Assembly: GCA_965222155.1 (NCBI GenBank)
Contig: CBDCTH010000012.1
Coordinates: 2,208,001 to 2,272,000, forward strand
DNA length: 64,000 nucleotides
Direction: 5' to 3'
Source of the DNA: Gammaproteobacteria bacterium
GTDB taxonomy: Bacteria; Pseudomonadota; Gammaproteobacteria; Eutrophobiales; Eutrophobiaceae
Within the stretch, counting starts at the first letter, position 1, and each line of letters begins with the position of its first letter. Of this stretch, positions 34,598 through 43,601 are shown piece after piece. The position numbers were made by a program, and so were the translations under genes. Below the pieces are notes generated by a model. The model did no database searches and was not told where the DNA came from. It saw only the letters and a list, made by a program, of their open reading frames with translations.

Positions 34598-34847
34598 AGT
34601 TATTGTCTCCATCTCCCAGAAAATACCTGAAATGGATGGAAAGCTGGTGGATAACTGAGTCTGAGAGACATGGAAATCCTGCCTGCGACGCCTCGCTGAA
34701 GTTGATACCAGTGTGGCAAAGTATATTGATCGAGGTGAATTTCGGGAACGCGTTATGGTAGGGACGATAACCGTTAGTGTGCCAGAGGCTGATACTTGAT
34801 AAAGCTGTAGAGGAATAGTGGAAACAACAGAAATATAACAAAACAAA

Positions 34848-37289
34848 ATGGCTGCTGAATATATTGCACACGTTCGATCTTCAGATGGGAAGATTCAGAC
34901 ATTGGAAAACCACCTGTTTGAGGTTTCAGACATAGCTTCAAAACTTACAGAAAAAGTGGGCTGCCGAGAAGCAGGTGCCCTATTGGGCCTCATGCACGAC
35001 TTTGGGAAATATAGTTCTGAATTTCAAAATTATATCAAGTCAGCAACAGGCGAGATAAATCCTGATGAAGACGATTACATCGATGCAAAAGGAATGAAAG
35101 GCAAGATAGATCATTCCAGTGCCGGTGCACAGTGGATATGGCATGAGTTAAAAGATGAACGTTTAGGAGGAGCATCACTTTGCGCACAGATTCTGGCGCT
35201 ATGTGTTGCATCACATCATAGCGGCCTCATTGATTGCTTAAAGCCGGAAGGTGGTAATAGTTTTATTACTCGAATGAACAAGAAAGATGAAAAAACGCAT
35301 CTGAGAGAGTGCAAAGCCAAGGCACCAACAGGAATTCTAAAGAGAGCCAAATTACTAACAAGCGAAACTCTGTTAAGAGATATGTGTCAGCACCTACGAC
35401 AATTTACGTGCAATAATCAACACGGGCAAAAAATCTCGGAAAAAATAAAATATTTTTATATTGGATTCTGGACGCGCTTTCTGTTCTCCTGCCTGATCGA
35501 TGCCGATCGAATCAACAGTGCCGATTTTGAAACTCCGAAAAACAAACAATATCGTGATAATTCCAAAGTTAACTGGCAAGTAGCTATAAATCGAACAGAG
35601 ATTTTTTTAACTGATTTGCCTGTTAGAAACCCAATTGACATAATTCGGCGCGATATTTCAGAAAAATGTAAGAAAAGAGCAATTGAGCAACAGGGCATTT
35701 ACACCATAACCGTGCCAACAGGCGGTGGCAAAACGTTTACCAGTCTGCGTTTCGCTTTGCATCATGCCAAAACACACCAACTGGACCGTATCATCTATGT
35801 TATTCCCTATACATCGATCATTGATCAGAATGCGATTGAGATAAGAAGAATCTTAGAATGTGAAGATGATCCCAAACCATGGATACTTGAACATCATTCC
35901 AATCTGGAACCGGAACAACAAACCTGGCACAGCAAGCTGGTAGCGGAAAATTGGGATGCCCCCATCATACTAACGACTATGGTACAGTTTTTGGAAACAC
36001 TGTTTGGAGCAGGCACGCGCGGCGTGCGTCGAATGCACCAATTGACAAATAGCATCATCATCTTCGATGAAATCCAGACGTTACCAATAAAATGCACTCA
36101 TCTGTTTTGCAATGCTCTAAATTTTTTAACAGCTTACCTTAAAACGACGGCAGTGTTGTGTACTGCAACGCAGCCACTGCTTAATAAACTAAAATCTCCT
36201 GAAAAAGGAGAATTATTTTTACCAAAAGATGCAGAGCTAGTTGGTGATGCTGAAAGTGTTGAAGCACTGTTTGAGGAATTAAAGCGAGTAACTGTTTGTA
36301 ATAAAATACGGGCTGGAGGCTGGACTGAAAATGAGGTGGCAGAGTTGGCAGTATCAGAATTCCAAAAAGTGGGGAGTTGCCTGATTGTTGTCAATACTAA
36401 AGCATGGGCACAAACACTGTATGGAATCTGTTCGTCTACAGTAGATAAAGATAGCCTGTTTCACCTCAGCACTAATCAATGCCCTGCCCACCGGAGAACA
36501 ATACTAAAACAAGTTCGTGACAAGCTGGATGACAATGAGCCAGTTCTTTGTATCAGTACACAACTGGTTGAAGCAGGTGTGGATATAGATTTTGGTAGTG
36601 TCATCCGTACCTTGGCTGGACTTGATTCGATTGCACAAGCGGCTGGGCGCTGTAATCGTAATGGTAGAAAGGAGAAAGGTGTAGTCTATGTAGTTAATCC
36701 GAAAAAGGAATCTATCGATTTATTAAAAGATATTAAAGAGGGGCGCAATAAAGCACAGCGTGTATTAGATGAGGTCGATAGCGATGACCTACTCAGTCCA
36801 AAGGCGATGAATCAATATTTTAATTATTATTTTTTCGAGCGCGCCGATGAGATGAGTTATCCGGTTACCGAAAAATATGCGACTCGCACCGACACCTTGC
36901 TTAACTTGTTAAGCGATAACAAAATAAATGTCACTAAACATAATAATTCATTACTCCGACAGTCCTTTATGACGGCAGGCAAGGCATTCAAAGCTATTGA
37001 AGCGCCTACTGAAACATTGATTGTGCCTTATGAGAAGGGAAAAGAAACCATCACCAACCTTTGTGCAGTAGCTAAAGAATTTGATCCTGGGAAATACTAC
37101 GATCTAATAAGAGAGGCTCAAAAGTACAGTGTCAACTTATTTCCCAATGTGCGACAAAAGCTGGCTAAAGCAGGCGCAATATACGAAATTCAAAGTGAAG
37201 GTATCTACTATTTAGATGAACGTTTCTATAGTGATGAGTTTGGTATTTCTACCGAGATGGTAAAGCAGTTAGAGCCTATGATATGTTAA
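34848..37289 (+). CDS. cas3: Cas3 HD nuclease-helicase
   Basis: HL..HDFGK, DAD, PTGGGKT, DEIQ, STQLVEAGVD and QAAGRCNR. Confidence 0.96.
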   Translation: MAAEYIAHVRSSDGKIQTLENHLFEVSDIASKLTEKVGCREAGALLGLMHDFGKYSSEFQNYIKSATGEINPDEDDYIDAKGMKGKIDHSSAGAQWIWHELKDERLGGASLCAQILALCVASHHSGLIDCLKPEGGNSFITRMNKKDEKTHLRECKAKAPTGILKRAKLLTSETLLRDMCQHLRQFTCNNQHGQKISEKIKYFYIGFWTRFLFSCLIDADRINSADFETPKNKQYRDNSKVNWQVAINRTEIFLTDLPVRNPIDIIRRDISEKCKKRAIEQQGIYTITVPTGGGKTFTSLRFALHHAKTHQLDRIIYVIPYTSIIDQNAIEIRRILECEDDPKPWILEHHSNLEPEQQTWHSKLVAENWDAPIILTTMVQFLETLFGAGTRGVRRMHQLTNSIIIFDEIQTLPIKCTHLFCNALNFLTAYLKTTAVLCTATQPLLNKLKSPEKGELFLPKDAELVGDAESVEALFEELKRVTVCNKIRAGGWTENEVAELAVSEFQKVGSCLIVVNTKAWAQTLYGICSSTVDKDSLFHLSTNQCPAHRRTILKQVRDKLDDNEPVLCISTQLVEAGVDIDFGSVIRTLAGLDSIAQAAGRCNRNGRKEKGVVYVVNPKKESIDLLKDIKEGRNKAQRVLDEVDSDDLLSPKAMNQYFNYYFFERADEMSYPVTEKYATRTDTLLNLLSDNKINVTKHNNSLLRQSFMTAGKAFKAIEAPTETLIVPYEKGKETITNLCAVAKEFDPGKYYDLIREAQKYSVNLFPNVRQKLAKAGAIYEIQSEGIYYLDERFYSDEFGISTEMVKQLEPMIC

Positions 37290-37295
37290 ACAGCC

Positions 37296-38006
37296 ATGAA
37301 TGCAAAAAATACAATTGAATTCAAACTGACGGGTAAATACGCACTTTTTACCGATCCTATTACAAAAATTGGTGGAGAGAAATTTTCATATCATGTGCCA
37401 ACTTATGAAGCAATCAAAGGGGTGCTGAAGTCGATTTACTGGAAACCAACATTTATATGGTACGTGGACGAAGTGCGAGTTATGAAGCCCCTAAGAACTC
37501 AGGCAAAAGGTATGAAACCAATGAAATACCACAGAGCTGGTAATGAACTATCAATTTATACCTATCTGCATGACGTGGAATATCAGGTGAAAGCGCATTT
37601 TGAGTGGAATGAGTATCGTCCGGAGTTGGAACAAGACCGCAATGACGGCAAACACTTCAATATTGCTAAACGTATGCTTGAAAAAGGCGGGAGACAGGAT
37701 ATTTTTTTGGGAGTCAGAGATTGTCAGGGATATGTTGAACCTTGCATATTTGAAGAAGAGAAAGGCTCTTACGATGATATCGAGGAACTCGGATTTGGTA
37801 TGATGTTTCATAGTTTTGGTTATCCAGATGAAACAGGCAAGAATGAGTTGGTAAAGCGCCTATGGAACGCCGTAATGAAGAAGGGTGTAATTGAATATCC
37901 GCGTCCCGAGGAATGTAAGACAGTTTTTGTCCGTCAAATGACTGCCAAACAGTTTGGTTTAGGGAAAAATGTGATAGCTGTGGGGGAAGAGGAAACACGG
38001 TTATGA
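37296..38006 (+). CDS. cas5: Type I-C Cas5 (Cas5d)
   Basis: ALFTDP..SYHVPTYEAIKG..IYWKP and FLGVRDC. Confidence 0.95.
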   Translation: MNAKNTIEFKLTGKYALFTDPITKIGGEKFSYHVPTYEAIKGVLKSIYWKPTFIWYVDEVRVMKPLRTQAKGMKPMKYHRAGNELSIYTYLHDVEYQVKAHFEWNEYRPELEQDRNDGKHFNIAKRMLEKGGRQDIFLGVRDCQGYVEPCIFEEEKGSYDDIEELGFGMMFHSFGYPDETGKNELVKRLWNAVMKKGVIEYPRPEECKTVFVRQMTAKQFGLGKNVIAVGEEETRL

Positions 38007-39970
38007 GTTGGCTTGCGAAACTCCACGAAACGTATGAAAACGGCGCGGCCTTGGACCTACCTATTAGTGATCAAATAATGCCCATCAGCCATACTCCGCA
38101 AAATGCCCATATCAATATTGTTATTGATATTGATGGAAAGTTCCAAAGAGCCGCAGTTTTGCAAAACACTCAAATAATATTACCTGCTACTGAAAGTTCC
38201 GCCGGGCGTAGCAGTGGCGAAACACCACATCCATTAGCAGATAAACTCCAATACGTTGCTAAAGACTATGCTGACTATGGAGGCAAGAAAAATTCGTATT
38301 TTGATAGTTATATAAAACAGCTTAAAAAATGGTGTGAATCAGATTTTTCACATCGACATGTTACTGCTGTATATCATTATGTTAAGAAAGGTACCGTGAT
38401 AAAGGATTTGATTGATTTTTCAATATGCCATATTTCTTCGGACGATATTTTACTGACCAAATGGGAAGATGAAAGTATTGAACCACCTGCGCTATTCAGA
38501 TCATTGCCCAAAGAAAAGGGAGAACTGGACCAGGGTAATGCGATGGTATGCTGGACAGTTGAAGTCAGCAGTGATCCGGACTCGAATACTTGGCAAAACA
38601 AATCCTTACAGGAAAAATGGATCAAATATAATGCTTCGATAGGAGGTATTGAAGGGCTTTGCTATGTGAGTGGAACTCAGAAAGTACTAATAACAAATCA
38701 CCCGGCTAAGCTCAGACATACAGGTGACAAGGCAAAGCTGATTTCTGCTAACGATATGGGCGGTTTTACCTTTCGAGGTCGGTTTACGGATTCCAAAAAA
38801 ACAGTGGAACAAACTGGCTATCAGTCTGTTGGTGTAGGATCAGATGTAAGCCAAAAAGCTCACAATGCTTTGCGTTGGCTCTTATCCCGTCAAGGATTTC
38901 GAAACGGAGATCAAGCTATCGTATCTTGGGCTGTTTCCGGTAAGGAAATTCCGCAACCTGTCCAAGATACCTGGTCAATGTTGGGCAAAGAACTGTCAGA
39001 AAATGCTGAATCTGGCACTATCCAACAACACGACGAAATTGACCATACTATAGATGTCGGTGAGTCTTTCGCTCACTCTCTGAACAAATATATGGCGGGG
39101 TATCGAGCGAAGCTGGCACCTGATGAAAGTATTGTCATTATGGCACTGGACGCCGCAACGCCGGGACGAATGGGTATTACCTATTATCGTGAAACCTTTG
39201 CATCTGAATTCATTGATGTGGTAAAACGGTGGCATGAAAATTTGGCTTGGTTCCAAAGATATATCCCTAATGGCAAAAAGAAGCCTAAAATCAAGATTGT
39301 CTGGCCACTCAGTGCACCGTCTCCCGAAATAATATGGGAGGCTGTTTATGGTAAAACGCTAACTGATAGTTTAAAGAAAAACCTTATCGAACGAATTCTT
39401 CCCTGCATTGTCGAGGGTAGACCGATACCTTTCGACATTGTTAATTCCTGTATTCAGCGGGCAAGCAACCCTAATGGTTTGGAGCATTGGGAATGGGAAC
39501 AATGCTTGGGTGTCGCTTGCTCATTATTCAAGGGTTACTATCGTCGTCATCCAGACCCAAACAAACGGAGAGATTATTTTATGGCTTTAGACGAAAAAAA
39601 TACCTCACGCGATTATTTATATGGTCGTCTATTAGCAGTTGCAGAGCGCATCGAATACATAGCGTTACAAGTGGCTAATGAGAAGCGATCCACTACTGCT
39701 GAACGGATGATGCAGCACTTTGCTGACAGGCCTTGCAGCAGTTGGCGGAATATTGAATTGGCCCTGCAGCCTTATATACAACGATTGAAAAATTCACGAG
39801 AAGGATTTTTAGTTAATCGTCAAAAAGAACTTGATGCCATTATGAGTTCTTTTGAGAGCAATGAATTTACTTCCGAGAACCCCCTGAGTGGAGAGTTTTT
39901 ATTGGGTTTTCATTGCCAGAGACTTTCTTTGTGGCAAAAAACTGAACCAACAACTGACCAAGATGAATGA
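38003..39970 (+). CDS. cas8c: Type I-C Cas8c (Csd1)
   Basis: MSWLAKL, HPLADKLQY, DAATPGR, YLYGRLLAVAE and FLLGFHCQ. Confidence 0.95.
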   Translation: MSWLAKLHETYENGAALDLPISDQIMPISHTPQNAHINIVIDIDGKFQRAAVLQNTQIILPATESSAGRSSGETPHPLADKLQYVAKDYADYGGKKNSYFDSYIKQLKKWCESDFSHRHVTAVYHYVKKGTVIKDLIDFSICHISSDDILLTKWEDESIEPPALFRSLPKEKGELDQGNAMVCWTVEVSSDPDSNTWQNKSLQEKWIKYNASIGGIEGLCYVSGTQKVLITNHPAKLRHTGDKAKLISANDMGGFTFRGRFTDSKKTVEQTGYQSVGVGSDVSQKAHNALRWLLSRQGFRNGDQAIVSWAVSGKEIPQPVQDTWSMLGKELSENAESGTIQQHDEIDHTIDVGESFAHSLNKYMAGYRAKLAPDESIVIMALDAATPGRMGITYYRETFASEFIDVVKRWHENLAWFQRYIPNGKKKPKIKIVWPLSAPSPEIIWEAVYGKTLTDSLKKNLIERILPCIVEGRPIPFDIVNSCIQRASNPNGLEHWEWEQCLGVACSLFKGYYRRHPDPNKRRDYFMALDEKNTSRDYLYGRLLAVAERIEYIALQVANEKRSTTAERMMQHFADRPCSSWRNIELALQPYIQRLKNSREGFLVNRQKELDAIMSSFESNEFTSENPLSGEFLLGFHCQRLSLWQKTEPTTDQDE

Positions 39971-39984
39971 CTAAGGAGAAATAT

Positions 39985-40842
39985 ATGAGCTTGGAAAACA
40001 AAATCGACTTTGCAATTATTTTTAGTGTACGAAACGCAAATCCAAATGGAGACCCCTTGAATGGAAATCGCCCACGCGTAGATTATGATGGTTTTGGTGA
40101 AATTACTGACGTATGCCTGAAAAGAAAAATTCGCGATCGTCTGCAATCTGAAGGACATTCTATTTTCGTGCAGTCTGATGAGAAGAAAACCGATGGTATG
40201 ACCAGTCTAAAAAATCGAGCCGAACATCAAGAACATGGTTTAGGTAAAGACGCGTTTAATAGCAAAGAGACTCCTATAGAAGAGACTGCTAAATCGGCTT
40301 GTAAAAAATGGTTTGATGTGCGGACATTTGGACAGTTATTTGCGTTTAAAAGCGATAGAAAAGATGGCGTGTCAATCCCAATTCGTGGGCCGGTTAGTAT
40401 TCAGTCAGCTTTTAGTTTGTCTCCAGTTAGTATCACCAGTACACAAATTACTAAGAGCGTTAGCGGAGAAGGCGATGGTGAGAAGAAAAGCTCTGACACA
40501 ATGGGTATGAAACATCGTGTCGATAGAGCAGTTTATGTCACTTACGGCGCCATGACTCCGCAGTTGGCTGATCGTACAGGATTTAATAATGAAGATGCAG
40601 AAACAATAAAGGCAGTGCTCCCAAAACTGTTCGAAGGAGACGCATCTTCCGCAAGACCCGAGGGCAGTATGTCTATAGATAAAGTAATCTGGTGGCAACA
40701 TAGCTCAAAATCAGGTCAGTATTCCTCATTCAAAGTACACGGGTCACTTAGGGATATTATCCAATCTAATGGGAGCTTTGATAAGGATAAATTAGAGAGA
40801 TCACTGGAAGGATTGGAGACTGAAATCATTGACGGTTTTTAA
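39985..40842 (+). CDS. cas7: Type I-C Cas7 (Csd2)
   Basis: ANPNGDP, TDVCLKRKIRD, DVRTFG, TMGMKH and SSARP. Confidence 0.95.
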   Translation: MSLENKIDFAIIFSVRNANPNGDPLNGNRPRVDYDGFGEITDVCLKRKIRDRLQSEGHSIFVQSDEKKTDGMTSLKNRAEHQEHGLGKDAFNSKETPIEETAKSACKKWFDVRTFGQLFAFKSDRKDGVSIPIRGPVSIQSAFSLSPVSITSTQITKSVSGEGDGEKKSSDTMGMKHRVDRAVYVTYGAMTPQLADRTGFNNEDAETIKAVLPKLFEGDASSARPEGSMSIDKVIWWQHSSKSGQYSSFKVHGSLRDIIQSNGSFDKDKLERSLEGLETEIIDGF

Positions 40843-40917
40843 ACCTTTGATGATGCAACTATTCGTAACGTCGGGTATACACGAGGTAGCCACTTTTTAT
40901 ATTCATCAAAGATAAAT

Positions 40918-41181
40918 ATGAGCATCGCCAGTTTTCGACTACAACCGAACATAGAATATCTTTTGAAAAAACTATCCAAAAAATTGGACAGCAGTAAAAA
41001 TTACCTGATCAATCAGACAGTAAAGGAATATGTCGAACGCCAAGCGATGGAGGATATACACTGGGCCGATACTCTGCTGTCTCTGAAGTCTGTACAGACA
41101 GGCAAGACAGTACCGGACGATCAGGTAATCTCATGGCTGAAAAGTTGGGGAACAGATAAAGAATTACCAAAACCTGAATAG
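40918..41181 (+). CDS. Ribbon-helix-helix (CopG-like) antitoxin
   Basis: N-terminal SFRL strand plus helices, and a WLKSWGTDKELPKP tail typical of RelE/ParE partners. Confidence 0.8.
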   Translation: MSIASFRLQPNIEYLLKKLSKKLDSSKNYLINQTVKEYVERQAMEDIHWADTLLSLKSVQTGKTVPDDQVISWLKSWGTDKELPKPE

Positions 41182-41474
41182 TGGATATTGAGTTTACGCC
41201 GGAGGCCTTAGACGACTTGGAACGACTCCGACAATTTTTAGTGGGTGCTGGCGCGCCCTAAGCTGAAGAGATGGCATCCGACATCATACGGAGTTTACAG
41301 AATTTACGATTATTTCCCCGCGTGAGGCTACCTGTGCGACGAGCGCCTGATCCTGATGTCGTACGTGACTGGTATATTGGCCGGTATTGTGTACGCTATC
41401 TTATTGGCAGCGATGCCATTTATATTCTGAGAATATGGCACGGCAAGGAAGATGAACGAAACCGTTTACCCTGA
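41181..41474 (+). pseudogene. RelE/ParE-family toxin with an in-frame stop
   Basis: GTG overlaps the antitoxin TAG. The frame reads DIEFTPEALDDLERLRQFL, hits TAA at 41259-41261, then continues ..YCVRYL..IYILRIWHGKE. Confidence 0.82.
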
Positions 41475-41488
41475 TACTTACCGTGTGA

Positions 41489-42121
41489 ATGATAAAATAC
41501 ATGGACAATCCAATCCCCATCTCCGCCTTACAGCATTACGCATTTTGTCCACGCCAATGCGCGTATATTCATATTGAACAACTTTGGCGGGATAATTTTC
41601 TGACTGCCAAAGGCAACCAACTCCATGAGCGTGTACACAGCAACAAAACAGAACAGCGCGGCCGTTTGAGAACGGAACGAGGAGTGCAGGTTTATTCAGC
41701 ACAATACGGTCTTACAGGAAAACTGGATTTACTTGAAATCAAGTCAGATTCCAGGCAACTAACCCCTATTGAATATAAACGCGGCAAACCTAAAACGGAT
41801 GATTGCGACCGCATTCAATTGTGTGCCCAAGTATTATGTTTGGAAGAGATGCGGGACGTCGTTATTCATCGCTCTGCGTTATGGTACTGGCAGGTACGCA
41901 AACGCGAATGGGTCAACATTGATAAACCGTTACGTGACCTGACCATCGACATTATTCATGCTACGCGTAAACTGTTGCAGGATGGGTCAATCCCGCCAGC
42001 GGTTTATTCGCCCTCATGCAAAGCATGTTCTTTCTTTGATGATATCTGCCACCCGCGTAAAACTGATCAATCCAAACGTTATGTAAGAGACATATTTGAG
42101 GATGAAGAAGTTACTCAATAA
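41489..42121 (+). CDS. cas4: Cas4
   Basis: ISALQHYAFCPRQ, IEYKRG, QLCAQ and C-terminal CKAC..C. Confidence 0.95.
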   Translation: MIKYMDNPIPISALQHYAFCPRQCAYIHIEQLWRDNFLTAKGNQLHERVHSNKTEQRGRLRTERGVQVYSAQYGLTGKLDLLEIKSDSRQLTPIEYKRGKPKTDDCDRIQLCAQVLCLEEMRDVVIHRSALWYWQVRKREWVNIDKPLRDLTIDIIHATRKLLQDGSIPPAVYSPSCKACSFFDDICHPRKTDQSKRYVRDIFEDEEVTQ

Positions 42122-43121
42122 TTTATACATAACTACCAATGGCAGTTATGTACACAAAGAACGGGAAACTCTCGCTATCAAGCAGGGAGGCAAAAAAGTT
42201 TTTCAACTACCTTTTCATACCATTCAAAATTTATTTTGCTTCGGCCATATCATGGTGTCACCGGATTTGTTAGCCGCCTGTGGCGAGAAAGGAATCAACG
42301 TTTCGTTTTTCTCTGAGTACGGAAAATTTCAATCACGAATACAGGGTCCGCAATCGGGAAATGTATTATTACGTAGGGCACAGTATCGTAAAGCAGATGA
42401 CTCGCCTCAGGTCCTGGCGCAACTCTTTGTTGCAGCCAAGCTTTCCAACTGTCGCACTATGGTTATGCGACATCAACGCAATCATGGTAAAAATGAGGAG
42501 CTTGAACGATTAGCAAAGCACTTGGGCAATAACCTCAAACGGCTGCAACAATGCCATGATATCGACCGAATGCGTGGAATTGAGGGAGATTCCGCCGCGT
42601 CTTATTTCGGATGTTTCAACCACTTGATTGTTGACGACCTGAAAGCGTCCTTTCCTTTTTCGGGAAGGACAAAAAGACCGCCTCTCGACCGTGTAAATGC
42701 CTTGCTCTCATTTGCCTATACCCTGTTAACCCATGAGATTGCTTCGGCCTTACAAGGTGTGGGGATCGATCCTTATGTGGGCTTTTTGCATACAGACCGG
42801 CCTGGCAGGTTGAGCCTGGCTCTGGATATGCTCGAAGAATTCCGTGCCTGGTGGTGCGATCGTTTTGTTTTGACACTGATTAACCGGAAACAGATTTCTC
42901 CGAATGACTTTATTGAAGAAGGCAGCGGTGCCATTCGTTTGAAGGATGATGCTCGAAAGAAATTCCTCGCCGCTTGGCAAGATAGAAAACAGGATGAACT
43001 GCAACATCCTTATACGGAGGAAAAGATTTATACCGGGCTGCTACCTCACGTTCAGGCTATGTTGCTTTCACGTTATTTACGCAAAGATATGGAAATCTAT
43101 ACCCCATTCATCTCGCGTTGA
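42102..43121 (+). CDS. cas1: Type I-C Cas1
   Basis: GNVLLRRAQY, RGIEG, GFLHTDRPGRLSLALDMLEEFR. Confidence 0.97.
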   Translation: MKKLLNNLYITTNGSYVHKERETLAIKQGGKKVFQLPFHTIQNLFCFGHIMVSPDLLAACGEKGINVSFFSEYGKFQSRIQGPQSGNVLLRRAQYRKADDSPQVLAQLFVAAKLSNCRTMVMRHQRNHGKNEELERLAKHLGNNLKRLQQCHDIDRMRGIEGDSAASYFGCFNHLIVDDLKASFPFSGRTKRPPLDRVNALLSFAYTLLTHEIASALQGVGIDPYVGFLHTDRPGRLSLALDMLEEFRAWWCDRFVLTLINRKQISPNDFIEEGSGAIRLKDDARKKFLAAWQDRKQDELQHPYTEEKIYTGLLPHVQAMLLSRYLRKDMEIYTPFISR

Positions 43122-43129
43122 GGTAGGTA

Positions 43130-43423
43130 ATGCTTGTATTAATCACCTATGACGTGAACCTGACTACTGAACAAGGTGCAAAAAGGCTGAGACAAATCAG
43201 CAAAACCTGTCTGGACTTTGGATTACGGGTGCAATATTCCGTTTTTGAATGTGAAATCACACCAGCACAGTGGGTAGAGTTAAAGGAAGCATTACTGAAC
43301 ATATATGACCCCGATAATGACAGCTTGCGCTTTTATCACTTGGGTTCCAAGTGGAAACGCAAGGTGGAACATTATGGTGCAAAAGGAACGCCGGATCTAC
43401 TAAGGGATACCTTGATCGTGTAA
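43130..43423 (+). CDS. cas2: Cas2
   Basis: LVLITYDV, RVQYSVFEC and DSLRFY. Confidence 0.97.
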   Translation: MLVLITYDVNLTTEQGAKRLRQISKTCLDFGLRVQYSVFECEITPAQWVELKEALLNIYDPDNDSLRFYHLGSKWKRKVEHYGAKGTPDLLRDTLIV

Positions 43424-43601
43424 CGCCGCTAACCACAGGTTCTCATTATAATCAGGCAGGGTTAGCGTTGGCTTAAGTTTTTGATTTTTCAAGTTTTAGT
43501 TTACTATGAATCGGTAAATTCGGCTCTTTAACAATCTGGATAAGTAGTTCAGCGCATATTCCAAGCTTAATTGTTTTTATTCAATAAGTTAGAATATGGG
43601 A
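43424..43601 (+). promoter_or_regulatory. CRISPR leader
   Basis: AT-rich stretch between cas2 and repeat 1, with a CGCTAACC..GGTTAGCG inverted motif. Confidence 0.8.
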
